NCBI GenBank assembly: GCA_002104945.1
Contig: MCFH01000001.1
Location: forward strand, 372,001 to 436,000
Origin: Piromyces finnis finn
Lineage: Eukaryota; Fungi; Neocallimastigomycota
Length of the DNA stretch: 64,000 nucleotides
Direction of reading: 5' to 3'
The notes beneath the pieces were generated by a model. It was not told the DNA's origin, made no database searches, and was given only the letters and a program-made list of their open reading frames with translations. A program made the translations under genes and the position numbers. Positions 26,069 to 47,562 of the stretch are shown here, piece by piece (the stretch's first letter is position 1; every line of letters starts with the position of its first letter).

Positions 26069-26898
26069 CGAACTGGTATTTCTTTCTATAAATTCTTTTA
26101 GAAATGACATCGTTCTCTTTCGAAGTTGTGTTATGAGTACAACCCTCCAACCACCACTACCACCACCATCGAAAGTATGACAAAAAAATTTTTTTATTGA
26201 TTTTCTTTTTTCTAGAATTTACAATTTTCTATATAAAAATGAATAATATTTATATATATTAGAATATATTAGAATATATTGTATCATAAAATACATGGGA
26301 GTCTTTTTTTAAAATAAATGAATAATAAATTTATTATTAAATTAATATATTAAATCTCAACTTTTAATATTATTAATAATTAAAAAAAATATATTATTTC
26401 TATATATTTGATTTAAAAAGGAAAAAAATAAAAGGTTAGGATTACAAAAAAAGTGGAAAGTTGCCTTTAAAAGAAAGAAAAAAAAGAAAAAACCTGAATA
26501 ATAGCAATTTAATTAAAATAAGAGATTTTATTTTATTAATAAAAATAATGTATAAAATGAATAGAATGTCATATGTGTAATGAATGTATAGAGACTGTAT
26601 AGTAGAATATAATAGAATATAATAGATGTAAAGAATAGACTTTATAAAATGTAATTATATTATATTTTAGTTATATTGATAAACGTTATCATTTTTTGCT
26701 TTATGCTTACCAATATTCTTAAAATTTATCCTATGAAATGTTAGCTAAAAGTGGATTAATATTTTTTATATTTCATAATATAATATATAATAATAGAAAT
26801 GATTAGGATCATTTCATCAGCATTAATAAATTCACTCTCCGATATAAATGTTAAGAAATAATTGAATTAATAAACTCTAATTAACCAGAAATTATTCA

Positions 26899-27226
26899 TT
26901 TTTTTTTTTTTTTTTTTTTATTTTTTTTTTAACTTCCGAGTGCATTTCTCCCATCGATCAGAGTTAGCTCCAATGGTGGTTCTAAGAGAAACGTTGGCTC
27001 ATTCCTATTGCTAGGTGGTTGTGACCCTCCTGGTCTGTCATACTGTTTCTTCAGCTTCGACGCTCACTTAATCCATGTACATTAGATGCATGTCGTTGTA
27101 CGATATTTCACAACTACAATGCTAAGCCTCTTATAGTCAATTTGATCACGTGTCAACCGCCCCCTAATGTTTACACTTAAATTGATTAAGGAATATTATG
27201 TGTTTTTGGCATAGCCTAAGTCACCA
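26899..27226 (-). mobile_element. 5'-truncated SINE, copy 2
   Basis: 3' ~296 bp of the SINE with one substitution seen (ttctaagag vs ttcttagag); poly-T 26899-26930; 15-bp direct repeat accagaaattattca at 26884-26898 and 27223-27237. Confidence 0.9.
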
Positions 27227-28191
27227 GAAATTATTCAAATTGGAAATACTAATAATATTGATATTCCTAATATTATATCCTTTTCCAGTATTGTTAAGAT
27301 ACAAAATGGCCTTATACTACCACCACCTTTGAAAACTTTGTTTAAATGAAATTTCCTAAACTGTTTGATTACATAAATTAATACATAATTAATTTATTTT
27401 ATTAATAATTACCATAAATCTATGTAAATCACGAATGAATGTAAAAGGGAAAAAACTTATTATAATTATTTATAATCTTGGTAAAGTTTAAAACCGATGT
27501 ATATTATACTTTTCATCCCATAATTACATCCATATTTTTTATGGGTTGAAAAGTAATATTCATCTTCTTATTTTATCATTTATATGTTTTATTAAGCCAT
27601 ATATAAACATACCTAAAATAAATAATATAAAATATAGTACAACGTTTTTTTTTTTTTTAATTTTGGAAAAATATAATAACAATAACAACAACGAATAGGC
27701 ATTATTAAAAATATAAATATTTTTAATAAATGATAGTATAAAGTTTCTTTAGCAGTTGCATTATCTCCCCTTTTAAAAAGTTTATTATTCATTAACCATG
27801 TTTTATTAATATTACATATGGTAGAAGAGTATTCATTATTAGTGTCACATACATCATTGTAGGATTTACCACAATGCATAAATGTTGATTTATTATTAAC
27901 ATTATCCCAATGCATTATTAGTGCTTCTTCACTAAAAAAAAACTCAATGATTTTTAATACATTTGTTAGATAAACATTCAAGGGCACATTTTCCCTATTA
28001 CATGCTCTTACATTTACATTACATTCTTTTTACATTAGAGATAATTAATAAGAAAAATTTATTAATTGATACAATAATAGGTTCAAGTCACATATTATTT
28101 TTATATTAATTAAAATATTTAGATCGAAAAAAAAAAAAAAAAAAATAATTATTAAAATTTTAAATATAAAAAAAAAATAATAAAAAACAAT

Positions 28192-29817
28192 ATGCCAATT
28201 CCAGAAAAGAAGTGGACTGTTGAACAAGTCAAATCTGACAGTGTTACTAAAAAGGAAGTTATTGAATACATTCAAGGTTTAGCTACTTTAGATGTAATAT
28301 ATTTAAAATAGTTTATTATAAATTTATTGATATATGAATTACAAAAAAAAATTATTTTTTATTTCAATCTATTGCTGTTCTAATGAAGTACTTTTTTTTT
28401 TATAGTCAAGTTTTCAAATTAACATTGAATACCACTATTATTGAAATATATAAATATATATATAATTAAAAATAGAAATAGGAAAAAAATAATAATATAA
28501 AATTGTTTTTTTTATTAGTATTTTAAATTGGATACTTTTTATATATATATAGAATAAAAAATTTGTAAATGTAAAGAAAAAATAATCTGTTTTATTAATA
28601 AACATATCTATTTTAATAGTTCTTAAAAGCCAACAAATTAAATGGAAAACTTGCCACTTTAGCAAAGAATGCTAAGAAGCCAGCACTTGTTAAGGCTTAC
28701 GAAGCTTTATTTGAATCCGAAGCTAACTTCCAAACTGGTGAAGGTCCATCTGCATTAGAAGAATATGAAAAGGAAAGAAAGGAAAAGGAAGCTGCTGCTG
28801 CTGCTGAAAAATTAGAAGCTTCCCAAAACAAAAAAGAAGTAATTAATATATCGTGTTTATTATAGTTGTTAATTTTAATAATTTATATTTTTATATAATA
28901 ATTTAAAATAGTTAAAATTTCAAAGTAATTTCATTAAACAATTATTAATAAATTAAAATATATATTTTATTTTAAAAAATACTTATATTAAAAAATAAAA
29001 AGGAAAAGGTCGAAGAAGTTAAATTCACCAAGCAAATTATTACCAAGGGTGATAAAACTCGTTTCCCAAAGGTAGGATTTAAAAAATAATAAATAATTAT
29101 TTTTTTTAAAAATATTTTATACTTTCAAAAAAAAAAAAAAACTAATCGCCTATTATTTTATAAAACTTTTTTTCTTTTATTACTATTTAAAAATAATAGA
29201 AAGGAGATCTTGTTAAATGTTTTTACACTGGTTCATTACCAGACGGTACTGTTTTCGATACCAATATTGGTAAAGTTAACAGAAAGAAGATTCCATTACA
29301 ATTTAAAGGTAATAATTAAAAAGATATAGAAATATATAGCAAAATAATACAAAAAAAAAAAAATAAACCTAAAAAAATACAAATCATTTATAAAATAGTT
29401 GGTACTGGTAGAGTTATCCGTGGTTGGGATGAAGCCCTTCTTACCATGAGTCGTGGTGAAAAGGCTAAAGTTGTTATTCAACGTAAGTCGATTTCTAAAA
29501 GTTTTATAATTTAATGAATTAAAAATAAATATATTTGTATATCCTATACGTTGTAATCAACATATTAATATTTGAATTATTTTATTTTTACTTATATTAG
29601 CTGAATGGGCCTATGGTTTTAAGGGTAATCCAGAAGCTGGGTAATTATCAATATTTTTAAATTCAATATATGTATATCCCATTTATTGTTTATTATATAG
29701 AACTTTTTATTAATGATTACTTTTTTTTTTTTTTTACTATTTTCTTTAATATGTTTGATTAGTATTCCACCAAACACCGAATTAACTTTTGAAATTATTC
29801 TTGAAGATATTGTTTAA
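28192..29817 (+). CDS. FKBP3: FKBP25/FKBP3-like peptidyl-prolyl isomerase with N-terminal BTHB-like domain; 7 exons (28192-28293, 28620-28838, 29003-29071, 29200-29308, 29399-29482, 29601-29640, 29763-29817), ~225 aa
   Basis: Spliced product: KWTVEQVKSDSVTKKEVIEYIQ...FLKANKLNGKLATLAKNAKKPALVKAYEALFE...KGDKTRFPKKGDLVKCFYTGSLPDGTVFDTNI...VGTGRVIRGWDEALLTMSRGEKAKVVIQPEWAYG...IPPNTELTFEIILEDIV; all six introns are GT-AG with consistent phases. Confidence 0.92.
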
Positions 29818-30406
29818 TCTGTTTGAATAATAGACCTTTTTAATTATTATTTATTTAAAATGTTAGTTTAATAAATTTACTTTAAAAGCAAATATCGTTT
29901 ACCTATAATAAAAAAAATTTTAAAAAAATAATATCAGAAACCTATTTAAATTAATATTGCTTTTATTTTTTTGTGTGTTTCCTCTAGTTTTCAATATTCC
30001 TTTTAACAGAAATGTTGAGATTCCTTTACGTTTTTTTTTTTTTTTATCATTTTTTCATTTTTAAAAGTAATTTGAAATTTTTTTAAAGTATCACGTGTAA
30101 CTTTTTAAAAATTAGAAATTTTTTTTTTGTTTTATTAAAAATTTATAAAAATTATGAATAATAAAAAAAAAAAAGGCATAAAATATTATATTTTAAAAAA
30201 GTATATATATAACGAAAATGTTTCATCCTTTATTTTCTTACATATATATATTTATATATATATTTTCATTATTTAAAAACTTTTATCAATTAAAAAAAAA
30301 AAAAGGATTATTTTTAAATAAAACATTTTTAATAATTAAATCCAAAAACTACATAAAAAAAAAAAGAGGACAAGATTAAGATATTAAATAACGAAATAAA
30401 AAAAAA

Positions 30407-38129
<7,723 letters not shown>

Positions 38130-41100
38130 TTTAAATACTCCTCATTGACTTTGGATTATTTAAAAAATTTTTTCACCAGCTTTATATAAAAAGACATAGG
38201 ATTTATTATATTTATTATCTTTATTTTTCCATTTTCATTTTCTATTAATTCCATTCTCAAAATTTTATTCATTAAAAAAAATGTAAATGTATATAATGTA
38301 TACATTTTTAATTTTTTATAAAATTATGATCTATGGACATTATTTTTCATATTTTATAATCATTTAATAATATTTAAAGTTTGTTAAATTGCTTTTTTTT
38401 TTAATGTTTCCCATTTCAAAATTTTAAATATGCAATGTTGTTAAGGTTGAGAATTTAGAACTCCTACATTTTATGGTAAATGGTCCATGCAATAAAATGC
38501 AATACATGCAATAAAATATAATAAAATGCAATAAAATACAATAAAATTAAAATAAACCAACAGTTGACTACAAAAAGAAGAAAAACAATTAAATTCAATT
38601 ATCAAAGTATTTTAAAGATTTATATTTAACACAATACTATTTATACTTTTGGTAATAAACAGTATTTATTGAAATAAATAAAATGAATAAAATATCATTA
38701 TCGTATTATTTATTACAAAGAAAAAAAAAAACGCAAGTAACAAACACTATATAGTTTTACAATTATTTCAATTTTATAGTGAAAAAAATCAAATAATGAA
38801 AAATCTCAAAAACAACAAAAAATTCTAATGACTATTACTAATTATAATATTCATTTTAAATTTAAATTTATCTTCTAATCAAAATACAAAAAAGGAATGT
38901 TTTTATCATTCCCTTTGAATACTTTTCTTCAGGATTTCATAATAATTTTCTATAGTTAACTATCATTGAATTATTAATAAGAAATATTTTTTTTTCCTTA
39001 TTTATAGTATCATTGATAACAACCACTCAATCATCACTTGTTGCTGCTGCTTCTGCTGCTGTTGCTGTTGCTGTTGCTGTTTCTGTCGAAATATAAAAAA
39101 AGTATTTTATTATTAATTTTTTTTTTTTTTAATTCAATGGAAGGCCGCCATATTTCCTTTTTTTTTTTATTCTATTTTACACCACTTTTAATAAATTAAA
39201 TTATATATTATTATATTAATTATAATATATTTGTATCATATTAGTATAAAATTAAAACTTTAATTATTATTTAATTTATCAATATTAAAAAAAATTAAAA
39301 AACAAAAATCTTAAATTCTATTTAATTTAAAAATTATATTAAATAATATATTGGATAATTTAATTGTTTATTTATTAAATAAATTTGTAAATAGATTTTG
39401 TAATGTAATGTAAAATAAAGGAAAGGGAATAATTAGTATTATGGATGAAAATGATGGATTGTATACCTAATTGAATGGCAGGTATAGAGTGTAAAAGTAT
39501 AGGTAAAAAGATAGAAAGAATATTAAAATATAATAAAGTAAAACAACCAGGATGATGAATGATGGTAATGATGATGCTATAACAAAGTATAACTAACCAG
39601 CTAACTAGGTATATTAACTCTTTATCTATAGTATATAAATATTAGTAATTTTAAAAATTGAAAAAAAATTAATTTTTAAAAAATTAAATTTTTTATCTAT
39701 GAAAAAAAAAATTATATATAAATAAATCTTTTTTTTTTTTGTAAAAAGTTTTTTTTTTTTTTTTTTTTTTTTTGAAAACGAAACTTTTTTTTTTAAAATA
39801 TATACATATATAATAAAATATACAATTTATATTTAGAAAAAGAATAAACTTTCAATAAAGGAATTCTTTTGTTTTTATTTTATTTCTTTATAAATATTTT
39901 TATATATTGTTTTAATATTTTCTCAAAAATAAAAAAAATAATAAATAAATTAAAAAAGTCTTTTATCCTAAAGATATTATTTTGATAATATTGAAATTCC
40001 AACCATAAAAAATAAAAGTACTAAAGACTTTAAAAAAGAAAGAAAAAAAAAGAGCATTTATAGTTGCATTTTATTTCAGCAAACCAAACCATAAAGTAAA
40101 TGTCTTATAAAAAATAATAACAATAATAATAAAACAAAATACTTCAAATAATAGCCACTTTTAATATAGTAAACATTTAAAGAAATATTATATTTATATA
40201 TAAAGATATTATAAAAAAAGAAAAAAAGAAAGAAAGAAAAAAAGTTTAACGTTTTAAAAATAATTTTCATTTTTTCAAATACATTAATAACGCTACTTTT
40301 ACACAAGAAGATTTTAACGTTTTTATTTATTAAATAATTACAATTTTAAATAAAAATAACCCTCCTTAAAAAGTAAATACTACATAGTTTTGTAAATTAA
40401 AGTAAATACATATATATATAATATGAAATATTATTTTTATTACAATATTGATTTTATATAATTTGTAATATATATTCAATGTAAAATTGGAAAGATAGGT
40501 TAAAATAAAAAGAATTGTTTTTTTTTTAAAAAAAAATATATAAATAGAATTGGATATTAATAGAAATAAACATAACATTTTACAAATAGTTCACTTTTTT
40601 GAGATAAATGAATAAAACAAAATAAAGTAATTGGAAAAATAATAATTAAAAAAAAAAAAAAAGATAAAAAATTCAACAATAGAAAAATATTAAGCAGTAA
40701 TTTATTGAAGAAATAGAAAAATATTGTATCATTTTTATTTTGGAATTAAATAATTTGGAATTTGGATACTATCTATTTCAAATAATTTAGGGTTAAACTA
40801 ATAGATGACAAATAATTTCCTCAGAGAATCGAATAAAATAATAAAATCTTTATTTAAAACAATAATATTCACTCAGAATAGATAATATTATAGATTTTAC
40901 AAATTCAGAAATTTCAACTTCTTAATAAATTAACAAATACTTTTAAAAAAAAAAAACTAATTAAATATTTATTTATATATATGATAGATATAAACTGTAT
41001 AATATTATTATAATATTATTTAAAAATAAAAAGTTTTTATGTAAAGTAAAAAGTAAAAATATAAAAAATAAAACTCTAACAAAATAAATAAATTATATGA

Positions 41101-41178
41101 AAAAGAAATTAATAAATAATAAAAAAGAGTAATTCCAAAAATAAATAGAAAAAAGATATATGAAATAATTTATAAAAA

Positions 41179-44100
41179 ATGTCAAATTATAATAATAATC
41201 ATTATTTAAATACATACAATTATGCACAATCAAATAATGTTGAAGAAGACAATACTTCAAGTAAGTAATTCATTCATTGATAATGATAGCCAAAGAAAAA
41301 ATATACTATTCCTATTTTTTTTTTTAATAACAATAATAAAAGAGGAAATTTTTATAATAATAAAATATTGTCGTCTTTTAATTTACCTTTTATTATATTA
41401 TAGTATTAAAAAATATTTTATTGAAATAATAATATATAAAAGAAAAAAATAATTAATACTATTTTTATTATTATTCTTTTTATTAGCCGTATATCCTGAA
41501 TCTACCCTTTCGGTAAAACCCCTTATAGATAATCATAATAATAATTACAGTAAGTTTATAGGAAATAATAATTGATGAATTTCTTAAACGATTACAAATG
41601 AGTAATATATAATAATTTATATTAATCTATTTTATATATATAATGTCAAAAAAAAAAATAAAAAAATAAAGACGCCACAAATAACTACGATTTCATTGAA
41701 TTAAACGAAATACATTCAAATAAAAAAATGTCAAATAATATAAACCAAGGGGATGAACAATCATCATCATCCTATATTACAGAAAACTCACAAACCTCAA
41801 CAAATAAAAGAATGTCATCAACAATGGATTATCCAGCATCAAGAGCTAAAAGAACAATGTCTATTGCTTCAAGGACATCAAGATTAAGTCGTGTAAGCAC
41901 ATTAAGTAGAATATATCAAAACGAACAAGTTGGTCGTGCTATTTATATAAATCCACAAAATGGTAGAACTTCAACAAATTTTGATAATAAAAAGAAATCA
42001 AAAAAGAAAAAGGGTGAATTTATAACAAATAAAGTTCGTACAGCTCGTTATACGGTTGCAAATTTTTTACCAAAACAATTGGTAGCTCAATTTTCTAAAT
42101 TGGCAAATGTATATTTCTTATTTGTTTCGGCACTTCAATTATACGATCATATATCCCCAACAGGTAAATATACTACTGTTTTCCCATTATGTCTTTTCGT
42201 ATCATTAGCTATGCTTCGTGAAGCGTATGATGATTATCACCGTCATAAACAAGATAGAGTTGAAAATTATTGTGATGCAAAGAAATTTGTAAGGAAATAT
42301 GATGGTAGCTATGAATGGCAAACAATCCCATGGAAAGATATTAGTGTTGGCGATATTATTTGTTTAAGTAATAATGAACAAATTCCAGCAGATATTATTG
42401 TATTAGCTTCTAGTAATGATAAAGGTATATGTTTTATTGAAACAGCTTCATTGGACGGTGAAACTAATTTAAAACAACGTCAAGCTTTAAAAGAAACTAC
42501 TGAAGCAATTTATGATGAAAATTCATTAAATGATTTCAGTTGTATGATTCAATCTGAATCTCCACACGAAGATTTATACAATTTTGATGGTTACATGGAA
42601 ATTTATAGTAATGATAATCCAGGAGAACGTATTCCATTAACCATTTCCCAATTATTACTTCGTGGTGCTATCCTTAGAAATACTGATTTTATTTTTGCAA
42701 TGGTTGTATTTACTGGTGAAGAAACTCGTATTCGTTTAAATGCTAGTAAAGGTATTCGTACAAAGGCTCCAGCCTTAGATAAATTTATTAATAAAATTGT
42801 TGTTTCCCTTTTTATTACTGTACTTTCTATCGGTTTAATTACATTATTAATGTCACTTTACTGGAATAAAAACCACCCACGTGAAAAACATTGGTATCTC
42901 GGTGCTAAGGAGGAAAATGATGATGATGATGAAGGAACTTTCTTTAAAACATTTAAACAATTCTTAACAGATACTGTTCTTTTTAACACGCTTATTCCAA
43001 TATCTTTATACGTTACACTCGAAGTAGTAAAACTTTTCCAAATTAATTTTATGAATAATGATATAATGATGTATGATGAAGAATCCGACACTCCATGTGA
43101 AGCCAGAACATCATCTTTGAATGAAGATTTAGGTCAAGTACGTTATGTTTTTACCGATAAGACTGGAACTCTCACGGAAAATCGTATGGTATTTAAAAAC
43201 ATGAGTATTGGTGGTGTATCGTATCTTCATGAAATTAGTAAGAATGTAGCAGCAGAACAAAGTTCAAAATCCTTAGAATCACTTTCTAATCGTCCTGAAA
43301 AAACATATGATAGTAACAATTACCATAATCGTTCTGCAGAAATTCCATTAACCATGTCAACCAGTACCATTGACAACAACAGCAGTCAAAAAAATTTAAC
43401 TAGTATTCAAGAAAATTCGATAAAAACGCAACTACTTATTAAAGAACTGTTAGAAAGTAATGGTAATTATACGGATAAACAAAATGAAGTGATCGACTTT
43501 TTAATCGGTATGGCTTTATGTCATTCTGTTGTACCAGAAAATGAAGATAAAGGTAAAGTACAACAAAATGATCATTTAAGAACCTCTTTAGCTCGTATTG
43601 ATACCTTTAATCCAAATGAAAATAAAAATAAGGATACTCTTTCATCTCAGGATAAATATCATATCACTTATCAATCATCATCCCCAGATGAAATGGCTTT
43701 AGTTATGGCCGCTCGTCAAATGAAATTTGTTTTAACTGATAAGTCCATGACTGATATTTCTGTAAATATATTAGGACAAAAAGTTGATACCCAATATAGG
43801 CTGTTAAATACCATTGAATTTAGTTCTGCGCGTAAAAGAATGTCAACCATTTATGAATATCCAGATGGTAGAATTGTTATTCTTTGTAAGGGAGCTGATT
43901 CCGTTATTCTTGAAAGATTGAAGCCTCGTGAGGAAATGACCGAGGAAGAAAAGCGTATTCTTGACATCACCAATGATCACTTGACACAATATTCAGTTGA
44001 AGGTTTACGTACCCTTCTCTACGGATACCGCCAAATTAGTTTAGAAGAGTATGAAGAATGGCTTAATATTTGGAATGAAGCCTCTACAGCTTTAACCGAT

Positions 44101-45807
44101 CGTGCAGAAAAGATTGCTCAAGCTGCCGAAGTCATTGAAACAGGTTTCTCACTTTTAGGTGCTACTGCCATTGAAGATAAGCTTCAAGAGGATGTACCAA
44201 AGACCATAGAAAAATTAAGAGAAGCTGGAATTCACGTATGGATGTTAACTGGAGATAAAAAGGAAACAGCTTTCAACATTGGTATGACCTGTAGTATTAT
44301 TAAGGATAATAGTATCATCTTTAGAATTGAAGGAAATAACATTTCAGAGCTTAGCCAAGTCATCGATAAAGCATTAATTGATATAGAAAATATCAAAAAT
44401 AGTAATAAAAATAAAAGAAATCCTGATCATACCGTTGTTATCATTGATGGTGATTGTTTATTAAAAATTGAAAAGGATGTTGAAAAGGAAGCCCTTTTAA
44501 ATTCTAAAAATTCTTCTTCTGCTGAAACATCTTCCAAGAAAAAGAAGTTGAATATTCATAAAAAATTACCAACTGGTAATTTATTGAAATTCCTTGATTT
44601 AGGATGTCAAGCTGATTCTGTAGTATGTTGTCGTTTCTCACCTTCTCAAAAAGCATTGGTTGTTTCTAGTATTCGTAACATTTTAATGAAGAATCCAACA
44701 TTTGCCTCTGGCGATGAATACTCAAAGAATTCTTCTGCTGTTACATTAGCTATTGGTGATGGTGCTAATGATGTACCAATGATTCAGGCTGCTCATGTTG
44801 GTATTGGTATTACTGGTCGTGAAGGTTTAGCTGCCGCTAGATCTTCAGATTATTCCTTTGCTCAATTCCGATTTTTACAACCTCTTCTTTTAATTCATGG
44901 ACACTATGATTACATTCGTGTATGTCGTTTCCTTTTAGGTACATTCTACAAATGCACTGCCTTTTACTTGACCCAATTCCTTTTCCAAATTTTCTGTGGT
45001 TGGAGTGGTAACAGTTTATACGAACAATGGACACTTTCCTTGTACAATGTTATTTTCAGTTCCATTCCGGTTGTAATTATAGGATGTCTTGAAAAGGATG
45101 TTGAAAAGGAAACCATTTTAAATAATCCAAAAATCTATCAATACGGTCAACATAACTTGGGTTTAAAATGGAGAACATTCTGGCGTTGGTTAATCCAAGG
45201 GTTCTGGCATTCCTTATGTTGTGTTTTAATTCCATTCATTCTTTACAACTGTTTTGCCCCAATACCAAAAGACGATCAATACAATTATTATGAAGTTAAA
45301 GGAAATCCATACTACTATGAAAAATCAGGACTCAAATGGAATTTACAAAAAATTTTCCGATCCGATGGTGCGATGAATGTTCAAGATAATTCATTATTAT
45401 TTATAGGTACCGTCATTTATACCTCTGCTATTTTTATTGTCACCATAAAAATTTGTTACATTGAAAGTCATAATTATACCTGGTTTACTCATGCAGCCGC
45501 CTTCTTTTCCATATTCTTCTGGTTTGGATTCAATTTTATTTATCAAAGATTCAGTTATATTCTTAATATGGGTGAAAATGTTCATCATATGATCTATAAT
45601 GTCTTTTCTTCTCCAGCAATGATTTTACAAGCCTTTTTAATGGTATTGATTACAGTAGTTACAGCATTAATTATTTGTGATTATTCATGTGCTGTTATCT
45701 GGAGTTGGTTTGATCTCGATAAGAACCGTGGTAATGAAAGTCTTGATATTGAACTTTGTCAACTTTGGGAAAAAAATATGAAAAAGAAGAAACGTCTTCG
45801 TTATTAA
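41179..45807 (+). CDS. P4-type phospholipid-transporting ATPase (flippase, Dnf3/Drs2 group); probable exons 41179-41260, 41487-41549, 41672-45807
   Basis: ETASLDGETNLK, PISLYVT, DKTGTLT, GDGAND motifs and TM segments in the 1359-aa ORF; two short phase-1 upstream exons with gtaagt donors splice in frame into it. Confidence 0.93.
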
Positions 45808-45901
45808 GAAAGAGAGGGGGGGGGGGAAAAAAAGTAAAAGAATTACTCCACCCGATCCTCCTTCTTTTATTGTATAGAATAAGAGAGAAGGGGGGGGTTT
45901 T

Positions 45902-45940
<39 letters not shown>

Positions 45941-46254
45941 TAAATTTAATCTAATTTTCATAATCTTCTTTAAAATACATAATTAAAATATATATCTTTT
46001 TTTCTACTTCTATTATAAGTATTATTTCTTTTTATTTCTTTTCTTTTTTTTTTTTTTTTTTATCTTTTTGCCTTTTTTAAAGTATAGACAATTTATATAT
46101 TAATTTTTTGAAAACTATATATTTTTGGTAGATAATTTTTTTTATTATTAATATCATTATAATTACATAAAGTAATAAAAAGAAATAAAATAAAATAAAA
46201 AAAAATAATAATAAAAAATATTTAAAAAAAAAAAGAAAGAAAGAAAAAATGTAA

Positions 46255-46255
<1 letters not shown>

Positions 46256-46330
<75 letters not shown>
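46256..46330 (+). repeat. (AAT)n microsatellite
   Basis: Read directly. Confidence 0.9.
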
Positions 46331-46333
<3 letters not shown>

Positions 46334-46493
46334 TAAAAGAATATATTTAAAAAGAAGATATTAAAATATTAAAACTTTAAGAAAATTTGAAAAATAAAGA
46401 TTGTCAAAAAAATAAAATAAAATAAAATAAAATAATAATTAATTAATTAAATAGAATTATAAAATAAAAGTAAATGTTTAATAAAAGAAATAA

Positions 46494-47290
46494 GAAGCAG
46501 ATACAAGTTGGATGCTAGAATTGCAAAAGCTGCTAAATTTGTTGATTCAGTTTGTCCTAAATACTGTCCATGTTGCAAGTGTGGAGCATTGGTTATTAGA
46601 TTGTCCAACATTTAAAGATATCCGTATTAAACATTATGATTCCATAGTCCAGCTACTAAATTTTTTCAGTCAACGTAATTCCTACAGTCCTATCAATAAT
46701 AATGAAAATGTTAATAACAGTAGAGATAGTAATAATATTAATAGTAATAGTAACAATAGTAGTAATAATAGTAACAATAGTAATAGTAACAATAGTAATA
46801 ATAACAATAGTAGTAGTAGAAATAATAATATTAGTAATGATAGCAATAGTGAAGATAATAATTCTAATTTAGATAGTAATTTAGTTTATGATAGTAATAG
46901 TTCTAATAATCCGGTGAATATTAATGTGTATGATTATTCTAGTGTGTGCAGTAAAATATTTAAATTCCTTCTTGGGGGAAGAATTTTTAACAATATCAAT
47001 TACAATTCAAGGGAATGGAAAGAACTTTGCAAGTATCAGATTCAATCTGGCACTAGCGAAGGAACACCATTCATGACGGTAACCGCGGAACTTCTAACCA
47101 AAATCATGCCTTTTGCTATTGACCAGCAATGGTCAATGTTCAAAAGGTTTGAAGCAGCATCCAAGAGCGTCGATGCTGAAGAAACAGTAAGACAGGCCAG
47201 GAGGGCCAGCGCAACCAATGGAGATCATAATTTTGTCCCATGATAAAATTTTGATCTTTGGCTCGGTGTCCCATTGGAAGTCAAATACAA
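46494..47290 (+). mobile_element. 5'-truncated non-LTR retrotransposon (LINE) fragment: C-terminal end of ORF2 with CCHC zinc knuckle, frameshifted
   Basis: One frame gives RYKLDARIAKAAKFVDSVCPKYCPCC and a shifted frame continues SVEHWLLDCPTFKDIR (CxxC...HxxxxC typical of LINE ORF2 ends); shares a 44-nt block with the SINE tail. Confidence 0.7.
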
Positions 47291-47562
47291 TTATTATACC
47301 TTAGTATAATAGTGGCTTTCTTACTTTAATTAAAATTACTAGAATACATTATACCCATTTTTTATTCATTTATTTTAACATGTTTTTTTTTTATTTCTAT
47401 TTTAATTTTTAATACATGTATTATAATTTTAATTAAATTAATAATAAAGTTTAAAATATTTGATGCCGTTAAAAAAAAAAATAAAATAAAATAAAAGAAA
47501 TTATCAATTAATGTAATGATATTTAAAATTAATACTTATTCTATAATTATTTTTTAGTGTAG

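Noticed and set aside
26700-27990. Possible minus-strand gene (124-aa ORF 27613-27987) interrupted by SINE copy 2
   Set aside because: No consistent exon chain or recognisable motif could be built; frames contain stops.
38200-41100. Short Phe/Ile/Lys-rich ORFs here and in other intergenic regions (e.g. 8278, 28045, 56865)
   Set aside because: Expected by chance in extremely AT-rich DNA; no motifs or supporting splice structure.
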